Of a stretch of 64,000 nt of DNA, positions 10,584-19,206 are shown piece after piece (position 1 is the first letter of the stretch; each line of letters opens with the position of its first letter). The stretch is from NCBI GenBank assembly GCA_964478715.1, contig CAYZIY010000001.1, positions 149,196-213,195 of the forward strand, given 5' to 3'. This DNA comes from an uncultured Planctomycetales bacterium (GTDB taxonomy: Bacteria > Omnitrophota > Gorgyraeia > Zapsychrales > JBDRMG01). A model generated the notes under the pieces. It saw only the letters and a list, made by a program, of their open reading frames with translations, was not told where the DNA came from and did no database searches. The position numbers and the translations under genes were made by a program.

Positions 10584-10618
10584 CCCCCGCACCAATTCAT
10601 TGGTGCGGGGGTTTTTTT
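10584..10618 (+). terminator. Rho-independent terminator after the pilin
   Basis: CCCCCGCACCAAT-TC-ATTGGTGCGGGGG stem-loop followed by T7. Confidence 0.9.
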
Positions 10619-10664
10619 GATCTTAATATTGTGAAAGATTGATTTTCTTATTAGAATAGAGACA

Positions 10665-11501
10665 ATGAAAAGGCTACACTCTCCAAAAGGCTTGACGCTG
10701 ATTGCCTCTGTTATGCTTCTGGTTTTCGCCTCCATCATCATTCTTGGATTAAGCACATTTGTTATTCAGCGTCTTTCACTGGGCAATACCCGGCTGATTC
10801 AGACTCAGGCTTTTTACGATGCCCGGGCCGGTATTTATCAGTCACTTTATGATTACCGTCTGCGTCAGATGACCGGAGACGGATTCTTCCATTGGGGCCG
10901 CACGGATCTGGATTCCGATAATTTTTATTATATTGCCGGCGACTGGTCCAATATTTTGCTGGTCGATACCACCGAAAGCCGTCTTAATGGCGCGAAGAAT
11001 CTTGAGGGTTGGACTTTAAAGAATGTGACGGATTTCACTGGCTTGACAATCACCGGGATGACGGTAACCTGGCAGGGAGGATGTAAATCCTGCCGGCTTC
11101 GGCGTATTCGTTTTAAAAATAGAAATTTCTGGCAAAGCGGTCAGGGTGAGTATTCTCCGGTCAAGGCCGTATTCAAAAGACCTTTTTCATTAAGAGATCC
11201 CGATCTTGTGGAGCGCAATTCTTTGGAATTTACCGGCGATATGTCCGGGGCGAGAATCGAGGCTGAATTTCTGATGGGAGATAGCACAAGTAAAACCGTG
11301 ACTCTTTATCCGGCTGGCGTCAGTAAGCCGACATTTACGATTGTCTCAATGGGGCGCACGATTGCGTCGCCTTTGTTTCGCACGATGGAGGCCGTGTATA
11401 ATCCCCAAGAGGACCGGATCGTTGATCAGAGAGAAACCGAGGAATTATTGAAAATTCCTCAATCAGGGGAGATGCCTGGTGAGATTATTCAGAGACCCTA
11501 A
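10665..11501 (+). CDS. minor pilin, PilX/GspK-like
   Basis: KG|LTLIASV lacks Glu5; QAFYDARAGI helix typical of PilX N-termini. Confidence 0.7.
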   Translation: MKRLHSPKGLTLIASVMLLVFASIIILGLSTFVIQRLSLGNTRLIQTQAFYDARAGIYQSLYDYRLRQMTGDGFFHWGRTDLDSDNFYYIAGDWSNILLVDTTESRLNGAKNLEGWTLKNVTDFTGLTITGMTVTWQGGCKSCRLRRIRFKNRNFWQSGQGEYSPVKAVFKRPFSLRDPDLVERNSLEFTGDMSGARIEAEFLMGDSTSKTVTLYPAGVSKPTFTIVSMGRTIASPLFRTMEAVYNPQEDRIVDQRETEELLKIPQSGEMPGEIIQRP

Positions 11502-11883
11502 CAGCGGCTTTAGTTTAATCGAATTGATCATGACCATTGTGGTGGTCGGTGTGATCGCGGTTCCCCTCGCCCTTTTGATCGGTCAATACATCGATAGTGT
11601 TTTTGATTCCCATGAATATTTGATTACTATGAATCTGGCCCGCATGGAAATGGAGCGGGTTTACAATATGCCCTTTGACCGGGTTGTCTCAACGACCTTT
11701 CCTCAATATCAGGGTTACGCCTACGAGCTGGAGCGCCGGGTCACGGTTGTGCCAACCACGCTTCCGGTGCCCGCGGATTCATCGTTGAAAATCATTAAGG
11801 TTTTTGTGCGTCGGCCGCGTTCGGCTGAAACCATCCTCGGACTGTCCACCCGCCTAACGGGAGTCTTGGCCTATGGTCCGTAA
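11479..11883 (+). CDS. minor pilin, PilV/GspI-like
   Basis: SG|FSLIELIM, LARMEME, LKIIKVFV. Confidence 0.75.
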   Translation: MRLFRDPNSGFSLIELIMTIVVVGVIAVPLALLIGQYIDSVFDSHEYLITMNLARMEMERVYNMPFDRVVSTTFPQYQGYAYELERRVTVVPTTLPVPADSSLKIIKVFVRRPRSAETILGLSTRLTGVLAYGP

Positions 11884-12433
11884 AAAGGCGGCCGGTTTTA
11901 CTTTAATAGAGGCCATTATGGTGATGATCATCATCGCTGTTTTGGTCGGAGGTGGTGTTGTTTTCTTAACCGGTTTTGTGCAAAACACCTTGTTTGTTTC
12001 CCATCAGCTGAGCACGGATCTTTTGGCGTCGGATTGTATGGAAATAATGATCGAAGGCGACAGTCAAGCCAAGGGATTGCGGTTTTCCCGCTCTATTTCC
12101 TGGGCCAGAGATCATATGCTTTCTTTTATTAATCAAGACGGAGACAGAGTGATCTACATCTATTCTCCCTTTAACGGAAGGATTTACCGGTGGACGCCCT
12201 ATGTTTACGGTATCATTCCGTCTTATAATAACGCAAGTTCGCCCGTGACGATTCTTGTAAATAATGATAAACTATTTACTTACTATGATGAAAATGAGCA
12301 GATTACAAGCGATCCTCTGCGTATTCGGGCTGTCAAAATCGAATTTATTGCCCAAACCGGTTCTGGAGATTACGCGCAGGGGCAGGGACAAACGCATTTG
12401 ACTTCGGCGGTGGCCGTCAAAAGACTCGAATGA
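11873..12433 (+). CDS. minor pilin, PilW/GspJ-like
   Basis: AG|FTLIEAIM, FTYYD...IRAVKIEF. Confidence 0.75.
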   Translation: MVRKKAAGFTLIEAIMVMIIIAVLVGGGVVFLTGFVQNTLFVSHQLSTDLLASDCMEIMIEGDSQAKGLRFSRSISWARDHMLSFINQDGDRVIYIYSPFNGRIYRWTPYVYGIIPSYNNASSPVTILVNNDKLFTYYDENEQITSDPLRIRAVKIEFIAQTGSGDYAQGQGQTHLTSAVAVKRLE

Positions 12434-14076
12434 TTCAAATAGAGACTATTCAACAAAAAATCTTGGAACTTAAAGATTCCCTCATCCGGGATTCGGGCCA
12501 GGTACTGGTGATCGATTTCAATGAGCTGTCGATCGAGATTGCCTGGTGCGCGACAGCCCCTGGCGCGTTATCGCTGTTGGCTTTTGATGAGGCCGAAATC
12601 GGCCAGAATCAGAAACAGAATGTGCCCAGTTTCATCAGCCAGTTTATCGAACGTCATCAGATCGATGAGAAAAATATCCTGATTACAATCAGTGACAGCG
12701 CCAGTTTTCATTTGAAACAGCTCAGTCTTCCGCTTTTGCCCGAACGGGAAATTACTAAAGCGGCCAAATGGCAGCTTAAAGATGAGGTTACCTTTGATCT
12801 CGAGGATGCGGTTCTCGCCTGGCAGCCGATTCGGGTGTTTAGCGATGAAAAAGGAGCCAAACGTCAGGATCTGACCTTTATCCTTGTTCAAAAGAAAATC
12901 ATTCAGCAATATATTTCTTGTGTGCTCGACTGCGGGCTGAATCCGCTTTCGATCAGCAACAGTTGTTTTGATTTTTCTTATCTTCTCGGTGAGCTGCCCC
13001 ACGCGGCAGCCAACTGTGCCATTCTCAATATTGAGAAAAATGATTCGCTTTTGACGTTTTATCTAGATCACAAAGTGTGCTTTATGCGGCGTTTACCGAT
13101 TTCAACCGAGAAAATGATTCGCGCTTTGATGGGAACGCTGGTTTCCGAAAAAGGAAAAATTTCCCTAACCCGCACCCAGGCCGATGATATCTTAGAGGCA
13201 ATGGGAATTCCGCTCTCAGAGTACGGGCCGGTCACCGCAGGGCTTGACTCCTCGCGGTTCATGTCTTTGATGCGCCCTTTGCTTGAGGCTTTGACGCGGG
13301 AGGTTAAGTTTTCTTTTGAATATTTCTCGTCCCGCTTTCAGATGAAGAAAATTGATCAGCTTTATGTGACCGGTCGCGGGGCGAGTGTCAAGAATCTTGA
13401 TCATTATATCGAGAAGGAATTATCCCTAACGGTTGACCGGCTGGGTTTGCCGAGCTCTCTGAAACTGGAATCGGAGGGAAAGCCGTGGAGTTTAAAGAAG
13501 CAGAATCAGATGACCAAGGTGATCAGCGCGGTGCTTTCGCGGGGCCGGGCTGTAAATTTACTGCCGCGAGAGCAGAGGTTAAAAAGAACAAAAGATATCC
13601 AGAAGATCGTTTTGCGGCTGATGGCAATCTCTTCTACGGCTATTTTTTTGATGATGTTTTTCATGATCCGGATTCAGATACGGGATTATCAAAACAGGGT
13701 CAAGATGGCGGAAATGCATTTGAAAACCGTCGGCCGAATCAATGATTTAACCAAGGATATCTTCGCTAAACAGCAGTTGATAGAGTTGATCCGAGGGCCG
13801 ACCGTCCCTGCCGAGGGGGTTCTTCGGGCTTTAAGCGATCTGACTCCGGCTGAAATTATTCTTAGGGAAATCGATCTTGATCAAAACAGCCAGATGCTTC
13901 GCATTAAGGGTGTGATAACCAGCAGCGATGAGCAGGCGCAGGGGATCTTGTTCAACTTTATTCGCGGCCTTGAGGAATCGCTGTTTTTTATTGAGGCGAG
14001 TTTGACTTCAGCTCAAAGAACAGGACTGGTGCAGGAATTTGAAATCAGTTGTGATTTAATTTCCCGAATGCCATGA
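12430..14076 (+). CDS. PilM-PilN fusion (GspL-like alignment protein)
   Basis: Actin-like region (LVIDF, YVTGRGA), internal VNLLP PilN motif, TM helix, C-terminal PilN-like periplasmic domain. Confidence 0.75.
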   Translation: MIQIETIQQKILELKDSLIRDSGQVLVIDFNELSIEIAWCATAPGALSLLAFDEAEIGQNQKQNVPSFISQFIERHQIDEKNILITISDSASFHLKQLSLPLLPEREITKAAKWQLKDEVTFDLEDAVLAWQPIRVFSDEKGAKRQDLTFILVQKKIIQQYISCVLDCGLNPLSISNSCFDFSYLLGELPHAAANCAILNIEKNDSLLTFYLDHKVCFMRRLPISTEKMIRALMGTLVSEKGKISLTRTQADDILEAMGIPLSEYGPVTAGLDSSRFMSLMRPLLEALTREVKFSFEYFSSRFQMKKIDQLYVTGRGASVKNLDHYIEKELSLTVDRLGLPSSLKLESEGKPWSLKKQNQMTKVISAVLSRGRAVNLLPREQRLKRTKDIQKIVLRLMAISSTAIFLMMFFMIRIQIRDYQNRVKMAEMHLKTVGRINDLTKDIFAKQQLIELIRGPTVPAEGVLRALSDLTPAEIILREIDLDQNSQMLRIKGVITSSDEQAQGILFNFIRGLEESLFFIEASLTSAQRTGLVQEFEISCDLISRMP

Positions 14077-14654
14077 GAGAATTGATCGATACACAAAAGA
14101 AAATAGGGATAAGCATAGCGGTGCTCGTTTTGGTTCTTTTATGCGCGTGGCTGTTTCTCTATCGACCCACAGCCAGTAAGCTTAAAGAACTGAAAACACG
14201 GTTTCATGATATTGAAGCGGCTATCCGTCAGATCGAATCGATCGCTTCGCGCGGAAAAGACTTAAAAGACAGCATAATGGATCTGGAGGAAACCCGCAGC
14301 CGGCTTAAGCAGAAGTTTCCGGCAAAAGAAGAGGAGAGCCTCAGGATTCTTTCGCAATTGGCGCGCGATAATGATATTGAGGTGATCCGTTTCAAGCCGC
14401 AGAGCAAGAAGCTGTTTAGATCCGCCGGAGACAGACAAGGGGATGCTGTCATTGAGGGCAAGACATGCCGTCAGCTGTCTGTGGTTTTGGAACTGCGTTC
14501 GACCTATCATGATCTGCTTCATTATATCGATGCGCTTAAAAGTTCCGGGGCGGCTTTTTTTGTGGTCCGAAAAATGGAATTGCGCAAAAACTATACGGAC
14601 AGCCGATTGCTGAGTGTCGGATGCACCATCGATTTTTATTACTTATCCTCATGA
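14073..14654 (+). CDS. pilO: PilO/GspM-like alignment protein
   Basis: N-terminal TM, coiled coil, FPAKEE, YHDLLHYI. Confidence 0.7.
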   Translation: MRELIDTQKKIGISIAVLVLVLLCAWLFLYRPTASKLKELKTRFHDIEAAIRQIESIASRGKDLKDSIMDLEETRSRLKQKFPAKEEESLRILSQLARDNDIEVIRFKPQSKKLFRSAGDRQGDAVIEGKTCRQLSVVLELRSTYHDLLHYIDALKSSGAAFFVVRKMELRKNYTDSRLLSVGCTIDFYYLSS

Positions 14655-15076
14655 AAATGACAAAAGAGAAAATTCAATATATTGCGACGGGTATTTTGTT
14701 TGTGATTCTTGTTGTGGCAATTTTCTCAGCCGTTAGATCGACAAAAAAATCCAGAACCACAAAACCTGTCGCAGGCTTTGCTTCTCAGGGCGGGACTTCC
14801 GGCGGCAGCGAAGCGAATTTCTATCAACAACTCCTCAAAGAATCTAAGACGTATAGTGCCCAGCGTGATCCTTTTTCCCGGCAATTGAGGCCGTCTGCCA
14901 AAGGGCTCTCTTTAAATGGAATTGCCTGGGATCAGAAAAATCCCACCGCCATCGTCAATAATGAGATCGTCCAGATCGGAAGCGAGATTTCCGGTTACAT
15001 AGTGGAAGATATCCTCAAAGACCGGGTGATTCTCACCTCCGAAGAACAGACGATCGAATTAATGCTGCAGCTGTAA
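14651..15076 (+). CDS. PilP/GspC/MshK-like protein
   Basis: TM anchor, RDPF, LNGIAW...AIVN..IV..G..I.GY.V..I....V.L; start moved to ATG 14651. Confidence 0.7.
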   Translation: MKMTKEKIQYIATGILFVILVVAIFSAVRSTKKSRTTKPVAGFASQGGTSGGSEANFYQQLLKESKTYSAQRDPFSRQLRPSAKGLSLNGIAWDQKNPTAIVNNEIVQIGSEISGYIVEDILKDRVILTSEEQTIELMLQL

Positions 15077-15152
15077 TTTTCTAAAAAAATTCCCAAACGG
15101 ATTATTTAAAAAGTACTTTTTAAAACAAAAAGGAAAATACCCCGATCACGGC

Positions 15153-15181
15153 TTGACACGGTAGATAGGTTAACATATATT
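15153..15181 (+). promoter_or_regulatory. sigma70 promoter for cassette 2
   Basis: TTGACA-N17-TATATT in an AT-rich intergenic region. Confidence 0.7.
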
Positions 15182-15276
15182 AAGACTAGATAATTAAAGA
15201 TAACATACAACAATAGAACAGAATACTTGATAATAAGTATTAATGAGTATGGGGTTTGACATTAGAAAGAAGCTAT

Positions 15277-15525
15277 ATGAAGAATTTAGGAACAGTCGAG
15301 GACATCGCCAAGCAGTTTGATATTTCAAAAGCGACCGTCAATTATTACACCAATATCGGACTGATTGTTGTGGCCCGCAAAAAGGGCAATAAACGGCTTT
15401 ATGATCGGGCCGAGGTGGACAAAAGAATCAATAAAATCAGAGAGATGATGAATAGGGGCTATACCCTGCGGCTCATTCAAAGAGAATTTGCGCTTTCCAA
15501 GGAATTCAATCCGATGAATTCATGA
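15277..15525 (+). CDS. small MerR-family HTH protein (no effector domain)
   Basis: VEDIAKQFDISKATVNYYTNIGLI...GNKRLY...GYTL..I; 82 aa from ATG 15277. Confidence 0.8.
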   Translation: MKNLGTVEDIAKQFDISKATVNYYTNIGLIVVARKKGNKRLYDRAEVDKRINKIREMMNRGYTLRLIQREFALSKEFNPMNS

Positions 15526-15535
15526 GGAGAAGCTT

Positions 15536-16384
15536 ATGAACAATGCATATATAGAGAAGAGACCCGTCAGTATTGCCATCGTCAACCAAAAGGGAGGATG
15601 CGGCAAGACAACGACTGCTATCAACCTGGCTTCCTGTCTGGCGCTTTCGGGCTATCAGACGCTTTTAATCGATACGGATCCGCAGGCCCAGGCCACGTTA
15701 GGCTTAGGGGTTGAGCTTCATGAGGAGTGTCTCACCCTTTATGATGCGCTCACCAAAGGCGTTCCCTTAGAAAAGATTGTGCGCTTAAGCTCTGTTATGC
15801 GCCTGGATTTGATCGGTGCCAATTCTCTTTTAGCCGGGGCGCAATTGGATATTGCCTCGAGCTTAGGGAGGGAAGCGATTCTTAGAAGCGCGTTTGACAA
15901 ACTGGCTCTTTGCGGAAAGTATGATTACGTGATTATGGACTGCCCGCCGACACTGAATCTTGTTACCGTCAATGTGTTGGCGGCTTCACAGTATGTCTTG
16001 ATTCCTTTTCAAACGCATTATTTTGCCCTGCAGGGTATCAAGGAATTGTTTCACACCATTGATACCGTCAGGGAGAGGCTCAATCCTCAGCTGGATATTT
16101 TGGGAATTCTGGTGACCCTTTTTGATCAGCGCAATAAAGTGAATCACGAGATTCTTCGGCAAATGAACGAGTATTTTAAGGAAAAGATGTTCCGGGCTAA
16201 AATCCGCAACAATGTCAAACTCTGCGAGGCTCCGATGCACCAAAAGCCGATTCATCTTTATGCGGCGCAGTCGAAAGGCGCTGCCGATTATTGGGAATTG
16301 ACCCGGGAAGTGATCGAGCGGACACAAAGACGAAAAGATCATCATGTCATCGAGCCAGTGGTGCATTATGGTTCCAGCGAATAA
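15536..16384 (+). CDS. ParA/Soj-family ATPase (orphan, no ParB)
   Basis: NQKGGCGKTT, IDTDPQA.AT..LG, DCPP.L, FALQG, IRNNVKL.EAP. Confidence 0.92.
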   Translation: MNNAYIEKRPVSIAIVNQKGGCGKTTTAINLASCLALSGYQTLLIDTDPQAQATLGLGVELHEECLTLYDALTKGVPLEKIVRLSSVMRLDLIGANSLLAGAQLDIASSLGREAILRSAFDKLALCGKYDYVIMDCPPTLNLVTVNVLAASQYVLIPFQTHYFALQGIKELFHTIDTVRERLNPQLDILGILVTLFDQRNKVNHEILRQMNEYFKEKMFRAKIRNNVKLCEAPMHQKPIHLYAAQSKGAADYWELTREVIERTQRRKDHHVIEPVVHYGSSE

Positions 16385-17657
16385 AAATTCTGATTCCCAT
16401 CAGCCGGACGTTGAAAAACTTGACACCAATGTCGTTCAGTCTATTTTTGGGAAAAAGGAGAAACGCAAAAAGACATCCAGCCTTTTCGGCAGTACGTCTC
16501 AAGCACCCCAGACTGAATCTCAGAAAGATGTTGTCAAAAACACGAGAAAGATCCGATCTGCTGGTCAAGGTTTTCTTCCGGTGGGGGTGGATGTCGGCTC
16601 CAGCAGCATTAAAATCGCCCAGCTGGAAAACAAGGGCAGGCATCTGGCTATTTCCAAGCTGATTGTGGAAGAGCTGCCTCTGGAATTGGTGGAAAACCCG
16701 GCGCAAAGAGACAAGCAGTTACCCGGGATTCTTAAAAATCTCTGCAATACCTATCAGCTCCAGGGAAACGCCTATGCGGCGCTCTCAACAGAATCGGTGA
16801 TGATGAAAAATATCGCCTTGCCGCAGATGCCGCCGGCCGAATTGGAGGAGGCCCTGCGCTGGGAAGTCCGTCAAATGGCGAAGGACGATTTGGACAATAT
16901 CAGTTATGATTTTGTTGTATTAAACGAAGAACGCTCCTTTAGAGAAGAGAAAATACAGATCCTTCTGATTGCGATTCAGCATGAGGATATTTGGAAATAT
17001 ATGGACATGATGGAATTCGCAGGATTAAAACCTCTGGCGATTGAAACCGAGAGTTTTTCATTGGCCGCCGGTTTGTATTTCAATCAGATCGCCAGAAAAG
17101 GAGAGGTTGTTATCGCTTTAGATTTGGGCGCCGGAGCGGTCAAGCTCAATATCTTAAAAGACGGTAATCTTCAGTACACGCGGGTGTTGAATATTTCTGG
17201 CAATTCCCTGACGCAGACGATAAGGGACTATTGCCATGTCTCATTTACAGAAGCTGAGCGTCTCAAAAGAAAATACGGTTTCTCCAGTTTAACGCAATGC
17301 GATCAAGAGGATCAGAAGCATTATCCGCGGGATATTCCGCTTCAGGTGCGCAATGCGATCACGCTTCCCTTTGAGAAACTGGTGTCCGATATTGAGCATA
17401 CGTTTAAATATTATTCGTATCAATTGACCAAATCCCGGATCACAAACTATGACAAAATAATTTTAAGCGGCGGATCGGCCGGGTTCCCGTCGCTGGTTCC
17501 CATGATTTACGAACGGCTGCATGTGCCGGTGGAAACCGACAATCCTCTGGTGAAATTTCAGATCGCCAAAGAGGCTCTGATTGATCAGGAGAATCTGGAG
17601 AGGTCTTTTCCGCGCTTTGGGGTTGTGCTGGGATTGGCTCTGCGGGGAGCACAGTGA
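16344..17657 (+). CDS. pilM: PilM with ~70-aa N-terminal extension (start may be ATG 16368)
   Basis: VGVDVGSSSIK, ALDLGAG, EAERLK, IILSGGSA, GLALRG. Confidence 0.85.
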   Translation: MSSSQWCIMVPANKNSDSHQPDVEKLDTNVVQSIFGKKEKRKKTSSLFGSTSQAPQTESQKDVVKNTRKIRSAGQGFLPVGVDVGSSSIKIAQLENKGRHLAISKLIVEELPLELVENPAQRDKQLPGILKNLCNTYQLQGNAYAALSTESVMMKNIALPQMPPAELEEALRWEVRQMAKDDLDNISYDFVVLNEERSFREEKIQILLIAIQHEDIWKYMDMMEFAGLKPLAIETESFSLAAGLYFNQIARKGEVVIALDLGAGAVKLNILKDGNLQYTRVLNISGNSLTQTIRDYCHVSFTEAERLKRKYGFSSLTQCDQEDQKHYPRDIPLQVRNAITLPFEKLVSDIEHTFKYYSYQLTKSRITNYDKIILSGGSAGFPSLVPMIYERLHVPVETDNPLVKFQIAKEALIDQENLERSFPRFGVVLGLALRGAQ

Positions 17658-17666
17658 AAGGCAAGA

Positions 17667-18251
17667 ATGAAACGGATTGATTTGATTCCTAAGAAAAACA
17701 GGATAAAAAAAACAACTGCGAGCAGATCAAGCCGAGTAATCATTTTTTTGATATTGGCGATTATTGTTTCTTTTATCTGGCAGAAAACGGCGATCATACG
17801 TTATCAATACAGTATCGATAAGGCCAAGCAGGAAATCCAGACACTAAAAAAGATGCAGCGGGATAATGAAAAACTCTTTTCCTTGCTTTCGCAGCAAAGA
17901 GAGAATGTCAATCAAGAGCGGGCGCAGATCGCCCAGCGGCTGGATATTCTCCAGCAGTCGCGCAGAAAAGGTATCGCCTGGTCGAAGGTCTTGGTTGAGA
18001 TCAGTGCTATTGTGTCGAAGCGGGTTCAGCTGAAGGAACTTCAGCTTTCGGAAGAGGAAATACTTCTTAAAGGGATGGCGCAAGATCAGGAAGATGTCAG
18101 CACGCTGATGCTTTTATTGGATCAATCGGACATTTTTGCGGAAACCGGATTTCGTTTCATGCAGTCTGTCAAAAAAGAAGAAAATAAAATGCCCCAGACG
18201 GAATTTGAAGTGACGACTCAAGTTAGCCGAAGAGCATGGCAAGAAAAATAG
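17667..18251 (+). CDS. pilN: PilN
   Basis: RIDLIP, TM, coiled coil, WS.VL.EI, LKG.A. Confidence 0.75.
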   Translation: MKRIDLIPKKNRIKKTTASRSSRVIIFLILAIIVSFIWQKTAIIRYQYSIDKAKQEIQTLKKMQRDNEKLFSLLSQQRENVNQERAQIAQRLDILQQSRRKGIAWSKVLVEISAIVSKRVQLKELQLSEEEILLKGMAQDQEDVSTLMLLLDQSDIFAETGFRFMQSVKKEENKMPQTEFEVTTQVSRRAWQEK

Positions 18252-18263
18252 GACATTAATCAC

Positions 18264-19172
18264 ATGGAATTTTTGGCGGGATCTCAGAAAAAATTCAATT
18301 CCTATCGCAAGGTTTATGACCGGCAGCCGGCCAGAACAAAGATCCTGATCGGTCTGCTTTTTCTGGCTTTTTGTTTCAGCCTTTTGATAAATTTTGTTTA
18401 CCGGCCCCAGCAAAGGCTTCTTGCCGATTACAGGCAGGAGATAGTCTCTTTGAAAAACAGGCAGTTGGATCTCAAGGCGAGAATACCCGATGTGGAATCG
18501 CAGAGGAAACTTTTGGAAAGAGAGCGTAATGCTTTGAATGTTTTGACCGATGAACTTAAAAATTTGGAGGCGGAACTGCCGCAGCAGGACAGCCTGCCTA
18601 CGCTTTTAGGCGAATTGATCAGGCAGACCAGGGGGGATCTGGTGGAATTTCGCTCGATCAAGCCGATGGAAGTCGGGGAAAAAGAAGCTTATGACCGCAT
18701 GAATATCGAGATGCAATTGACAGCGGATTTTTCAGGCCTGCTGAATTATTCCCGGCGGCTGGAAACAATATTTCCGTTTATGACCATCAATGAAGTAGCC
18801 ATGCAAGAAAGCAGCCAGGAGCGTTTTTCCCGTTTGGATATCAAGCTGGTGGTCTCAACTCTCTTGAATGACAAGACAACCGGCGGAGGAATCAGGGAAT
18901 TGAAAAAAGATCTCGCCTTTGAGGCTGTGATTTTTGAGAATAATCCGTTTGTCTCAAGTGTTTTTCAAAAGACCTCATTAGCCGAGGATCAAGATTATCA
19001 GATCAGCGGCATTATTTATCAAGGGCAGACCCCGACTGTTATTATCAATGACGAAGTCTTCACTGTCGGGGATTATCTCGACGGATATCAGGTGGAGAAG
19101 ATCATGAGAAATTCTGTTATCTTAAGCGATGGGTTCAGTGCCTTTGAACTCAAAATGGAAGAAAATCCGTAA
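18264..19172 (+). CDS. PilO fused to a PilP/GspC-like C-terminal domain
   Basis: PilO-like (LPQQDSLP.LL), then NPF...ISGIIY....VIIND....VGD..DGY.VEKI, similar to the 14651 protein. Confidence 0.7.
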   Translation: MEFLAGSQKKFNSYRKVYDRQPARTKILIGLLFLAFCFSLLINFVYRPQQRLLADYRQEIVSLKNRQLDLKARIPDVESQRKLLERERNALNVLTDELKNLEAELPQQDSLPTLLGELIRQTRGDLVEFRSIKPMEVGEKEAYDRMNIEMQLTADFSGLLNYSRRLETIFPFMTINEVAMQESSQERFSRLDIKLVVSTLLNDKTTGGGIRELKKDLAFEAVIFENNPFVSSVFQKTSLAEDQDYQISGIIYQGQTPTVIINDEVFTVGDYLDGYQVEKIMRNSVILSDGFSAFELKMEENP

Positions 19173-19206
19173 ATCATTTTAGTCAGTTGCCAAAAAGGAG
19201 TAGATC

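Noticed and set aside
15536-16384. Plasmid/prophage partition locus or chromosome origin
   Set aside because: No parB, parS-like consensus, rep, integrase or dnaA nearby; the gene is embedded in a pilus operon
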